NCBI GenBank assembly: GCA_012295275.1
Contig: CM022676.1
Span: 4,526,001 to 4,590,000 of the forward strand
Length of the DNA stretch: 64,000 nt
DNA from: Chrysomallon squamiferum
Lineage: Eukaryota; Animalia; Mollusca
Direction of reading: 5' to 3'
The notes beneath the pieces are model-generated. The model made no database searches. It was not told where the DNA came from and saw only the letters and a program-made list of their open reading frames with translations. Positions within the stretch are counted from its first letter, which is position 1. Every line of letters begins with the position of its first letter. Both the position numbers and the translations under genes were made by a program. Of this stretch, positions 13,705-26,300 are shown one piece after another.

Positions 13705-14364
13705 ATAGTAGTAGCAGTAGTAGTAGTAGTAGTAGTAATATTAGTAGTAGTAGTAGTAGTAATAGTAGTAGTAGTAGTAGTAGTAGAAGTAGCAGTAGTA
13801 GTAGTGGTAATAGTAGTAGTAGTAACAGTACTAGATGAAGTAGAAACTGTAGCAGTAGTATTAGTCTTAGTCTTAGTAATAGTAGTAGTAATAGTAGTAG
13901 TAGTAGTAGTAATAGTAGTAGTAGTAGTAATAGTAGTAGTAGTAGTAGTAGTAGAAGTAGCAGTAGTAGTAGTGGTAATAGTAGTAGTAGTAACAGTAAT
14001 AATAGTAGTAGTAGTAGTAGTAGTAATAGTAGTAGTAGTAGTAGTAGTAGAAGTAGAAGTAGTAGTAGTAGTAGTAGTAGTAATAGTAATAATAGTAGTA
14101 GTAATAGTAATAGTAGTAGTAGTAGTAGAAGTAGCAGTAGTAGTAGTGGTAATAGTAGTAGTAGTAACAGTACTAGATGAAGTAGAAACTGTAGCAGTAG
14201 TATTAGTCTTAGTCTTAGTAATAGTAGTAGTTGTTCTTGTCGAGCTGTTGTTATTGTTATTATTATTATCATCATCATTATCATTATTATTATTATTGTG
14301 ATCATCATTATTATTGTTATTATTAATAGTAGTAGTATTATTATCATCATCATCATCATCATAA

Positions 14365-14413
<49 letters not shown>

Positions 14414-14425
14414 CATTATTATTAT
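13500..14425. repeat. Compound (TAG)n microsatellite with a higher-order duplication
   Basis: The interruption GTAACAGTACTAGATGAAGTAGAAACTGTAGCAGTAGTATTAGTCTTAGTCTTAG occurs at ~13822 and ~14164. Confidence 0.92.
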
Positions 14426-14699
14426 GGAATGAAATTACTTCGTAAAACATTTAAATATGCAGCTATACATTTCTCAGCTTATAACAATTTTCTTTATTTT
14501 GCAATGACCTCCTAGCCTTACAGCTACCAACAAATAAAGACAGGAGTGAGACAGGGATGACGTTGCCAAATAAACATTCGCATATCTCCATATTACATAT
14601 AACTGTATGACCTTTCTGAATACAGTTTAGTACTAATATAACATTATGAATCTTATTATATAGAGAGACAGATTCAGATATACATTTAGATAAATAAAC

Positions 14700-14735
14700 A
14701 GACAGAGAGACACAGATAGATAGATAGATAGATAT

Positions 14736-14791
<56 letters not shown>

Positions 14792-14946
14792 GTAGGTAGG
14801 TAGATAGATAGGTAGGTAGAGAGATAGGTAGGTAGATAGAGAGATAGATAGGTAGGTAGGTAGGTAGATAGGTACATACATACATAGATAGATAGATAGA
14901 TAGATAGATAGAGAGATAGATAGGTAGGTAGGTAGATAGGTACATT

Positions 14947-14980
<34 letters not shown>
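14700..14980. repeat. (GATA)n/(GGTA)n tetranucleotide microsatellite abutting the fucosyltransferase A leader-exon donor
   Basis: Directly visible. Confidence 0.92.
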
Positions 14981-14987
14981 AACACAC

Positions 14988-15076
14988 CTTAAACAAGAAC
15001 AGGTCAACACTGAGTAGAGAAAGATAAGAACTCTTCCCAACACTGTCTGACGTAACATTCGTTCTGATTTCAACAT
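14988..15076 (-). CDS. Leader coding exon of fucosyltransferase paralog A (MLKSERMLRQTVLGRVLIFLYSVLTCSCL-R)
   Basis: The acceptor tttttcag precedes 15087, ATG is at 15076 and the donor AG|GTGTGT follows 14988. The 89 nt give phase 2, matching the phase-2 acceptor at 10290. It starts MLK and has LIFLYS, like paralog B's leader (MLK…ISLFYT). Confidence 0.7.
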
Positions 15077-15106
15077 CCTTCAGTGAACTGAAAAATAATA
15101 ATAATG

Positions 15107-15170
<64 letters not shown>

Positions 15171-15443
15171 GATAATAGTATTAATTATAATAATAATAAT
15201 AACGATAATAGTATTAATTATATAATAATAAGAATAAGAAGAAGAAGAAGAAGAAGAATTATAATAAAAACAACAATATTACTAATACTAGTACTACTGC
15301 TACTGCTACTATTACGACCAATACTAATACTAATACTACTAACAAGAATAGTAACAGTAATGTTAATAATCTTCATGATGATGATAATTATAATGATAAA
15401 CATAATAATGATAACGATGATGAAAATAATGATGATGATGACG

Positions 15444-15475
<32 letters not shown>

Positions 15476-16009
15476 TATTATTATTATTATTATTATAATA
15501 ATTATAATGTCACGTTATCTTTCCCACAAAAAAAAATAAGAAGAAGAAGAAGAAGAATGTAACGTTATCTTTTCCACAAAAAAACACATAGCCTTTCAAT
15601 TAAACAAAACAGGATATCCTTTTAGACTGGTATGAATAGAAAGGTTAAAAGTGTCGAATTTGACGTCTTTAAAAGTTGCGCTAACCCAGCCAGCTTAAAA
15701 ACCAAGAAACCAAAGAAATAAATGAACACATGTATATTCTTTAACAAACGAAAAACCTGTTTATTTTATTATTTTTTTTTTTTATTTTTTATTTTTTTTA
15801 TGTTTGTCTGCTTTCATTCTTGCTTATTCGTTGTCGTTGTTTTTTTTTTTTTTTTTTTTTTTTTTTTGTTATATTTATTGTTGGGTTTTTTTATGGTTTT
15901 TTAATTTTTTTTTTGTGTGTTTTTGTTTTTTATTTTATTATTATTATTTTTAATATTATTTTTTATTTATTTGTTGTTTTTTTTTACTAATTATAAAGAT
16001 AATACCTAC

Positions 16010-16560
16010 GAACATTATTATTAATAATGAAAAATACACAGTTGCAAACAAAATATTATTCCTAGAAAACATCCAGAAAACGAGAAGGTTATTATTAATT
16101 TTGAATAATCATAATAATAATAATAATAAGATGAAATAACTCTTTCAAATAGAAAAATCACGTGATTATTATTAAAGGCTAACCTGCACTATAATACAGT
16201 TGAAAAAGATGAAGAAATGTTTATTATTAAAGAAAAATGTTTATATTAACACAAAAATATGACACTAAGAGATCATTATTTATGTAAACAAGACTAAGAA
16301 GCTGTTGTTATCAATGGAAAACAAACAGCTACAAATACAATGGAAAACGGAATGGAAATGTTTTTATTTAATGGAAAATGTACAGTGAAAAAATGATTAT
16401 TATTAATGGAAAACACTGTTACAAATAAAACACGAAATAAATATAATTAACGGGGGTTAAAAAAACACAAAAAAAAAAAAACGAGTTTTATGGAGAATAT
16501 TAAGCGTTTATTTTTAATGGAAAACATATATAAATATAAAAATATTATTAACGTGAAAAT
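16010..16560. repeat. Degenerate AT-rich minisatellite (recurring TATTAATGGAAAAC…CAGTTACAAA unit)
   Basis: AATGGAAA/AATGAAAA-anchored units recur at ~16026, 16313, 16339, 16370, 16405 and 16516. Confidence 0.5.
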
Positions 16561-18452
16561 ATTCCATCATTGGTTCCGGCCATTTAGCCGATACTTTTGA
16601 GTCCATATTTTTGCCTACTTTTATTCATTTTTTTTTTTTTTTTTTTTTTTTTTCTATTATAGGCTTAATGGCCAATGCTATTTCACTATTTCAAGAAATT
16701 CCAGTCATCAGTAGACAACAACAAAAAAAAAAAAAAAAAAAAAAAAAATCGGGGTGTTAGCAGTCTACGTCAACTCGTAATCAAACAACGTCATCAGCAA
16801 CGTCACTTAAACTCGTGCGGTGACGAAGTGAAAATACAAGTCAAAATGCGAGATGACAATAATTAATTAATGTTATCTGACTCATTAGCTCATTTCAGTC
16901 TACCGCCAGCGAGCTTCATATCTCTTTCATTTGACTTTTGCCGACAACGTAGACATCTTGGTTTCGTAGAAGAACAGGTCTGTGACGACAAGACCAGCAG
17001 TCGAAATTTCCGTCGAACGTTTGATCATCCCGTTTTCTTTACTTCTGCTGTTTACCGAGTGTGAGAGCAGGTCTTAAATACGCTCTGTGTCTATTTTATT
17101 TGCAAACACCCGACAGATGATTTAGGTAACAAAGCTTTAACGACTGGGAAAAGAAAATATTTCGCATTACATAATAGTAGTATTTATTTCCGTGACTTTT
17201 TGTCGTCGTTTTCGCAAGTGAAAAGATTTCGGTTGCTGATCGGTGCAGGCTTTTCACAACCCGAATTTTTCTTTTAAATGCCTTTCACTTGTTGCTTCAA
17301 AACCGTCTCGGGTTCATGCGCCTACATCTTTATAAAACTCACAGTTGCAAATAAAAAAGAGAGAAAAAAAAAAAAAAAGAGGTAATAGTGGAAAAAGAAA
17401 ATAGTAATAATAGTAATAATAATAATAATATAATAATAGCAACAACAACAACAATAATAATAACAATAATAATAATAATAATAATAATAACAATAATAAT
17501 AATAAGAAGAAGAAGAAGAAGAAGAAGACGAAGACAAAGAAGAAGAAGAAGAAGAGAAAGAAAAAATCACACGAAAAAATTTACCGCTGAAACTGTTTTC
17601 CGTTAAATTAAGAGATTTCGAAACTTGGTTTTTCTCTCACATTCACTTTGTCTGTATTCAGTTCTAGTAGAATCACACAACTGGTTTTTTTCTTCTTGTT
17701 CTTCTTTCTTTCTTTTTTTCTTATTAATTTTAATTAATTCCTGCAATGAAATCACAACAACAATCTGCGCTAACCAGGATCAACGCTATCCGTGCGTTAT
17801 GTTTCCCTTCGAATGTGAAAAAATACTCTGCTGCTAGTCCGTATTATTTTCAATTTATTTAAGTGTTTCATGCTTCAAAGGTTTTAAAAGCCTCAAGTAG
17901 TTTTTTACCTTTTCTTTTTTTTCTTTTTTCTTTATGAACCTGAAATTGCAATGTGTAATTATTCTCTATGTATGCACGTATTCTTTTCATTATATATATA
18001 TTATATATATTATTTTTTTTATAGTAATCATTTTTTGTTGTGAAAAATTTAATCATACACAAACACGCAGACACACTTATATAAAACAAAATTCATACAT
18101 GATAGCACCCGGTATTAATAACAAAAATAATTGAAATATAAATATAATATATGTATATATATTTAAAAAGAAAAATGTCGTTATACACGGGAAAGCAGGT
18201 CGCAGCATTTATTTTCCAGTTACCAAGAAAATATACTTTCCATATGGTTGGATTTTTTCGTTTTATTTTTATTTTTATTTTATATTATTTTATTTTATTT
18301 TATTTTATTTTATTTTATTTTATTTTATTTTATTTTATCGATTGATTGATTGATTGATTGTTTTTGTTTTGTTTTGTTTTGTTTTGTTTTGTTTTGTTTA
18401 TTTATTTATTTATTTTATTTTATTTTATTTTATTTTATTTTATTTTATTTTA

Positions 18453-18483
<31 letters not shown>

Positions 18484-19547
18484 ATTTTATTTTATTTTTT
18501 ATTTACTTTCTGGTTTGTTTTATTTAGGTTTTTTGTTTTGTTTTTCGTTGTAGTTTTGGTGTTGTTGTTCTTGTCGTTTTGAGTGTGTGTGTGCGCGCGC
18601 GCATATGTGTGTGTGTATGTGTGTGCGCGCGTATGTGTGTGTGTGTGTGTGAGCGCGCGCGCATGTGTGTGTCTGCGTGTATCGTTTCGAATTACACAAC
18701 AGTGTCGCTTGCAGATGAACACACACACCGCGAGCACGGATTATGGGTGTGTGTGGGTGGGGGGTCCTACCCTCCTACCCACCGGCTAAAAAATAAAATA
18801 GTCAAGTAAATAAATAAAATTGATCTCTTCGCGTGTGTTCCGTGTGGGATTGTATTCGAGCTGAAACGCATATCTGCTTCACAGTTTGAGTTGCCGACGT
18901 AATCGGAAACTGATGGCATGCAATACCGAAGAGATGTCAAGCTCATGGTCAAGGTCAAGGTCAAGAATGGTGAACAGACAATCGGTGACGTGCACAGAGG
19001 TCTGGGGGAACCCGTCGGGACCACCTCCTCGATTGCACCCCCCCCCCAAAGACTCGAGCTTAACGCCCAGTTACTGAGAAATGTTATGATAAAAGGAAGA
19101 TATATCTGAACACGTAAAACACACACTTTATTCGATTTAAATATAAATCAGCCAAATAGATTAAGTTCTTTTATTCTGGGGTGGACGCCCCTCACTACTG
19201 TAGACAAGCAGTTTAAAATTTATAGTTTCAAATTATAAACATTTACATAGTGTTTCGCAAGTCCCCCCCCCACCCTGCATATTTAAAGTATAATCCACCT
19301 TTAATCCTCTAATATCTCTCCCGCAGTAGAGTAAGTTTCTGTTAAATAAATAATAATGATGATGATGATGATGATGATGATAATAAAATAAGAATAATAA
19401 AAATAATAATGTTGTTGATGATACTACTACTACTACTACTAATAATAACAATAACAATAATGATTATAATACTAGTAATAATATTTTAAAAAAAAAAAAT
19501 AATAATAATAATAATAACAGTAGTAGTAATAATAATAATAGTAATAA

Positions 19548-19600
<53 letters not shown>

Positions 19601-19863
19601 ATAACAACAACAATAATAATAACAATAATAACAATAATTTGTAATAATACTCACACATTTTAGTCAATTGTCACAAATAACAAAGTTATCTTACCGAAAA
19701 TGGAAAACACGACTTTTCCTTACTGAATTAATACGAAGAAATAGTTTTGTTGTAAAATGTCTTTATTCATTCTAAACACGTTTATTGTACCGTAAATAAT
19801 ATTTTGAAACCATCATCTTGACTCATCAAGCAGGCCTGAGTTAGGAAACAGATTATTAATTTT

Positions 19864-19938
<75 letters not shown>

Positions 19939-20444
19939 ATTATTTTATCTGCTACAAATAAGAAATTACGTTCTCATATTACAAATAAATAAATTAAATA
20001 AATTAAATAAATAAAATTATCGTTTCCCAAACTTGGCCTCACGGATCGTAATATACCCAGTTATGTGTAATCCATTCGATGTCACAGAGACTGTCTGATT
20101 TATATCTAGGATATATATATATTTTTTTTTTTTACACCTATACCTACAGTGACCTTTTCATCATATGCCGAGATGAAAAAAAATATTAAAAAAATAAATA
20201 AGTAAAAAACATAAATATACATAAACCAAATAAAGAAATGAATGAATGAATGTATAAAGAAATACAGAAATGAACGAATGAATGAGTGGATGAATTAAAT
20301 AAATAATCAAATAAATAAATAAATATATATATATTATGAATTTATCAGTAAAATAATGTATAAATAAACAACGAACTGAACAAACAAATAAATGAATGAA
20401 TGAAATAAATAAATAAATAAATAAATAAAATAAATAAATAAAAA

Positions 20445-20492
<48 letters not shown>

Positions 20493-20864
20493 AAGAAGAA
20501 AAAGTATAGAAACAAATAAACAGCTATTTTAAAAATCACTGAAAATGTAATAAAACAAATGCACACGGACATCTATGTATCTGCCATACACACACACACA
20601 CACACGCACACACACGTAAAAGATCATACCAAGCAATTTTCCAACCTAAATCTAATGAAATTGATTAAAATAAATAAATGATAATTAATAAATGAAATAA
20701 TGCATATATATTAAATAAAATAAAACAAAATAAAATAATAAAAATAATAAGTAAAATAAAATGAATTAATTTAATTTAATTTAATTTAGTTAATACTGGC
20801 CATGAAGAATGTACATGAACCTTTTGCGTAACGTAGTAAGTTTGTACGTCAACTACATACATAC

Positions 20865-20925
<61 letters not shown>

Positions 20926-20960
20926 AGACAAACATATACACACGCACACGCGCTGTGACG

Positions 20961-22185
20961 TCACAGATCTGCAGGAGCGTAACATTTCTTTTCGTCTAAC
21001 CACTTGTCAATATCGGGATACGTTTTTCTGTTCGAATCGAGTTTATAAAGTCTTTTACACATTTCACACCAGGGCTGCGGATACACACTCCTGTATTTCG
21101 ATTTCTTCTTCAACATCTCCGCATACGCCGTGGCATTTTTATCCAAATACAGCAAATACTTCGCCAAGTCTTTCGGCGTCTTGAAATCGGCCGAATTGAT
21201 AAACAAATCGGAGGGGAACCGGCTAGCGTTCGCTCCGCCCCTCACAACGGGAATAATGTCGTGATTAATGACTTTGAACAGCTTTTCGGTCACGTAGTCT
21301 TCACAGAACATGCTCTCGAAAGCCAGGTAGAATTTGTATCTTTTAAAACAGACCGCTTCCGTTTGTTTGGGGCATTTAAACGTTCCACATTTACCGTGGA
21401 TGTCGATTTCCACTCCGTGTTTTTGCAGACGGGTGACGTAATCTTCCCGCCTGCTCGACGTGGTGCAGTGACCTACAAACCAGGCAACCGATCTATTTTT
21501 GGATTTTGCTATCTTCAACCAGTTTTTCTTTGGCGTGTTTCGTTTAGTAACGGAGGCGTACGGAAAGAAGATGTCGGAATCGGTTCTGTACGTTATCGTC
21601 CAGTTAAACATTGATTTCCAGTATTTTGACGGCCACTGCACGTATCGAAGATTATCCACCGTTTCTTTACAATAAAACATCCAAATCTGGTTTCGGTTTG
21701 TCCGCAGAGGTGGCTTTTCTTTCGGTTTCAGATAAAAGGCGTTAACAACGACACCGTCAGCGTTGGCGATGTCTTTCGGGTTTTGGGACACATCACACAT
21801 GTATTTACCACACACGTTCGTCCGTTTTATATTCGTATTCCATGAACGACTGGCTCCGTTGTACCAAACGATAAGTCTTCTTTTCGCGCCTTTTTCCCGT
21901 CTTGGTTCTTCAAAAAGTGAATTGTTCGTTGGGTTTAACTTCTGCTTTAGTTTCCCCACGTTGTCAAGCAAAACCTTCATTTCACCTTTATGTAGTCCTG
22001 GTTTTCCTGTGTTAGAGTGGTTTTTCAACTTTCTTTCCCTATTTAATTTTAGAGCGTTACCATGGAAACCCTTCTTCGGTACTGCATGATATTTAGTAAT
22101 GGCATTGTGAGCATTCAGCCGTGAATATTTCAATGTCAGTAGTACTAAAAGTAGGAAAACAATTACACATGGAAGTCGGCGCTTT
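20961..22185 (-). CDS. GT10 alpha-1,3-fucosyltransferase paralog B, main exon (intact)
   Basis: The acceptor ttttacag ends at 22186. TM segment KRRLPCVIVFLLLVLLTLKYS. Motifs NADGVVVNAF, FNWTITYRTDSDI, VAWFVGHC…R, YKFYLAFESMFCEDYVTEKLF, IIPVVRGG and WCEMCKRL. Stop at 20961-20963. Confidence 0.93.
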
Positions 22186-22259
22186 CTGTAAAATAAATAA
22201 ATAAATAAATAAATATAAAAAAAAAAATGAATATAATAGTGATTCTCATCATCATTATT

Positions 22260-22325
<66 letters not shown>

Positions 22326-22525
22326 TCTGATCGACTTTGTGTTGTGTTTTTTTTTACCAGATTTCAATATGGATGTTATGGTTTACACGAACACGCAACA
22401 CACACACAGACACAGTCACACACAAAAACACACTCACACAGACAGACACACACACAGAGTCACATACACATACACACACACACAAAAACACACTCACATA
22501 ACAGTCATAACACACACACACACAT

Positions 22526-22557
<32 letters not shown>

Positions 22558-22979
22558 AATCATCTTATCTCAAGTTACTTTTATCACTGGTTTATTTGAA
22601 AAGGCGAGCTTGTCTGCAAGCCTCGTGTTGACATTCCTCTGTGGTCTGTTTGCTGATCAGTGACTACTGTATCTCAAGACATTTTATTACAAAAGGAATC
22701 TTGAATGTACTTTTCTTTGGATACCAGGCATTAAAAATCGAGATTAGCAGTTTAGGAGAATAACCGAGACAAAAAAAAAAAAAAAAAAAAATAAATCTCT
22801 TTTGTATAAAGCAAATCAAGAAAGAAAAATTAAATTAAATAAATACATAAATACATAATAAAAATTAAAAGAAAAATGAAAATATACAAATGATGGCATA
22901 AAAATATAAATAATTATATAAAATGTACAGACACACCCTGAGCCAGATTTATTTATGTAATTGTATGTGAACTTACGTG

Positions 22980-23015
<36 letters not shown>

Positions 23016-23183
23016 TACATATAAACATACATATATACCTACATACACACTCATGTACTTACATATACAAACTTATACATACACAACAGATAAACATGCA
23101 TACACATATACATATAAACAAACATGCACACACACACACATTCATATGTACATACACATGCGTGCACACACCTGTTTTCTCAC

Positions 23184-23251
23184 CTGAATGTGCCGGTGTA
23201 GAACAAAGAAATACATTTTCTTATGCAGGTATTGTCTGCCATCTTTAACAT
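23184..23251 (-). CDS. Leader coding exon of fucosyltransferase paralog B (MLKMADNTCIRKCISLFYTGTF-R); spliced product 430 aa
   Basis: The acceptor tttcag precedes 23257, ATG is at 23251 and the donor AG|GTGAG follows 23184. The 68 nt (phase 2) plus 1225 nt give 1293 nt in frame. Confidence 0.82.
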
Positions 23252-23296
23252 CAGAATCTGAAATAATAGTAGAAAGGAGGATAATAATAATAATAA

Positions 23297-23327
<31 letters not shown>

Positions 23328-23512
23328 AAGAAGAAGAAAAGTAATAATAAATGTAACCGTAGTAGTAGAAGGCCTAATAATAACAGAAGTAGTCGATGAA
23401 GTAAATGTAGTAGTAGTATTAGAAGAAGTACTAGTAACAATACTTTTTTGTAGAAGTAGTAGTAGTAGTAGCTTTAGAAAGAGTTGTATTATAGTTGTAG
23501 TAGTAGTAATAA

Positions 23513-23577
<65 letters not shown>

Positions 23578-24051
23578 ACAACAACAGAAACAAAAACATC
23601 AATAACTACAACAGCAGTATTAATAATAAAAGAAGAAAATGATGAAGTGTATTGGATGAATATAAACCAGCTCAAATAAATAACACACATATACACACAC
23701 ACACACATTGACACAGATAGGTGAATATAATTAATACAGAAATAAATTAAGAAGTAAAACAATAAAACAAATGTAAAATAAAATTAATATTAATTTAATA
23801 ATAATAATAATAATAATAAACTGTAAACTAAGAAAAAAGAAGGAAAATCAAATGAATTCAAAACAAACCAGAGCGAAATCAGCTCAAACTTATCAAGACT
23901 ATTATTTTCTGATGCGTTTTGATACGTGTGACGAACCCCATTAAAAACAGGTGAGTCGGTACAAAAATTCTGCAGCTTCTGAGTTTCTTCCTTGTTTTAT
24001 TTTCTCACACTCAAAACGCTCATTTTCTTTTTTCTTCTTCTTTTTTTTAAT

Positions 24052-24090
<39 letters not shown>

Positions 24091-25531
24091 TGATCATTCA
24101 GCCTATGATGAATGCTCTTTTTCCTTCTGATGTCGTTTTAGCGCATTTTTTTCTTCGCTGTTGTATTTTATTGTTATTTTTTATTTTTTATTTTTTTATT
24201 TTTTTTTTTTTTTTTATTACGTATTGTATTTCATTAATGTAACGACAGCTAAGGCTTAAAAGTAATTCCTAAAGATCTCGTTCGACAGAACATTGTGAAT
24301 GGGGAAAATCTTTAATTTATATATTAACCAGATAACCCGTAAATAAAACAGCATCTAACCGCTTTGAAAATAATGTGCATACAAACATACACAGTCGAAC
24401 ACGTACATACACATTAGTGTTTATATAAAACAAATTTGAATTACTACTACTATTTACTACTATTTATTATTATTATTATTGTTGTTATTATTGTTATTGT
24501 TATAATAATATTATTAATACTATTGTTGTTGTTGTTATTTTAATTATTATTGTTATCATCATCAAAATTATTATTGTTATTATCAATATCATTATTGTTG
24601 TTGTTATTATTATTATAAAACGATCGATCAGTAATAATAATAATAAAAGTAATAATAATAATAATATGATAATAATAATAATAAAAGTAATAACAATAAT
24701 AATAATAATAATAACAATAATAATAAAAGTAATAACAATAATAATAATAATAACAATAATAATAATAATAATAACAATAATAATAATAATAATAAATATG
24801 GATATAGCTAGGTAAGTTCGACATCTTTGTATATTCAGGGAATTACGTTAAATAAAAACCTCAGGTCACCAAGATAAAACAGAACCCAACAGCAACGCCC
24901 CCTACTGAATAATAATCCTTCTGTGTAGATTATAAATTACACACCTCTTTTCAAATCCCTCTAGCATATAATCATATAAATAATTTCAAACTGCTATCTG
25001 TCCTGTGTAATTCGTGGCATAAAGCCCAGACTAAATCTACCATCAAGCCTTAAGAAAACTCGTGGCTCTACGGCAAACATTTTCTTTTTTTCTTTTCTGC
25101 TAGGTAAGATTCACGACTGTTACTGTTTTTGAATGCTTGCCAAGTTTGTTTGTCCTATGCATGACAACGCTGATACAATAAGATAGTAACCGCGTGTGTG
25201 TGTGTGTGTGTGTGTGTGTGTACACGTGTGAGTGTGTTTATATTTTAATATATGTATCTGTATGTTTTGTCTATGTGTACTTATATATCTATAGATTAGT
25301 ACGCCAACGGTAAAGAGAGCGCTAGTTATTTTATATCTATTTTATAAAACGCAGAAAGAATTTGACAAATATCAGCTTGATACTGTTTTCAGAAAAAAAA
25401 CAAAAAAAAAAAAACTTAATAAACAATTAAATATAAATGTTTTTAAAATATATATATATATATATATCGTTATATATATTATTTGTGTCTGAGATTTTAA
25501 ACAAGAACTTTAAGCTTCGTTCATTGCTTAC

Positions 25532-25830
25532 CTTTAGAAATCTGTTTTTTTACTTCTACTGCTAATAATATCTAATTTATAATGTCCCCTAAAACTCCAC
25601 GACCACCGAAACACAATAACCGAAACAGCAGTAACCGCTAAATCTGGATCACACCACCTTGCAAAACACACAGACTTTCTTTCTCTCGCATAGCGGTTTC
25701 CCTAGCAACGAGCTGATAAACAAACATGGCGGGCGATCAATTGCAAGTGCGCACAGACACAGACACAAACCCGTTCTTTTCAGTACGTTATTAGAGACGT
25801 GAGAAGTCTGTTATTGCAAAAATGGCGGAC
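25532..25830. promoter_or_regulatory. Putative promoter and non-coding first exon for fucosyltransferase B
   Basis: Minus-strand donor AAG|GTAAGC at 25532/25531. RFX X-box-like GTTTCCCTAGCAAC at 25696-25709. Two YY1-type AANATGGCGG motifs at 25723-25732 and 25819-25828. Confidence 0.4.
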
Positions 25831-26237
25831 TCAAAACTGAAGTAACAAAAGACGAACGAAATGTGCACTATCGTTTTTTTCATATTATTATTATTATTAT
25901 TATTATTATTATCTGTTTCTTTGAAGCGACCTGTTTCATTCTTCTTTCATATTTCAGTATTTGCAGATTATCGAAACGAAATAAAAATATTTTCTATTTA
26001 TTTATTTTATTTTATTATTATTATTTAATTCGTTTTTCCTTTTGCTTTCTCTTCTTAACATAATGATATTCTATTCATTATTTTCTTCGTCTGTATTACA
26101 ATCTGTTCAAACAGAAATGGCTTGTGAGAGAACTGTTTGTTAGCGGAGTAGACTTTCTACGGGTAAAATTCGAAGGACAAATGAAAGAATACGTTTTATA
26201 GTTTGTAATATCGTGTAGTTTAACTATATCGGTATGC

Positions 26238-26300
<63 letters not shown>

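Noticed and set aside
19694-19835. Minus-strand exon-like segment (acceptor ~19836, donor GTAAGA at 19694) as a coding exon
   Set aside because: All ATG-initiated frames stop before the donor. At most it is a 5' UTR exon of paralog A, and that is unsupported.
22186-22367. N-terminal extension of the 468-aa ORF (MKSGKKKH…poly-N)
   Set aside because: It is intronic (AAT)n/(ATTT)n sequence upstream of the real acceptor at 22186.
10290-23257. Shared leader exon (23184-23257) spliced alternatively to either fucosyltransferase catalytic exon, since both acceptors are phase 2
   Set aside because: Paralog A has its own homologous phase-2 MLK leader exon at 14988-15087, so two separate genes explain the data. 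Cross-splicing would be in frame but has no support.
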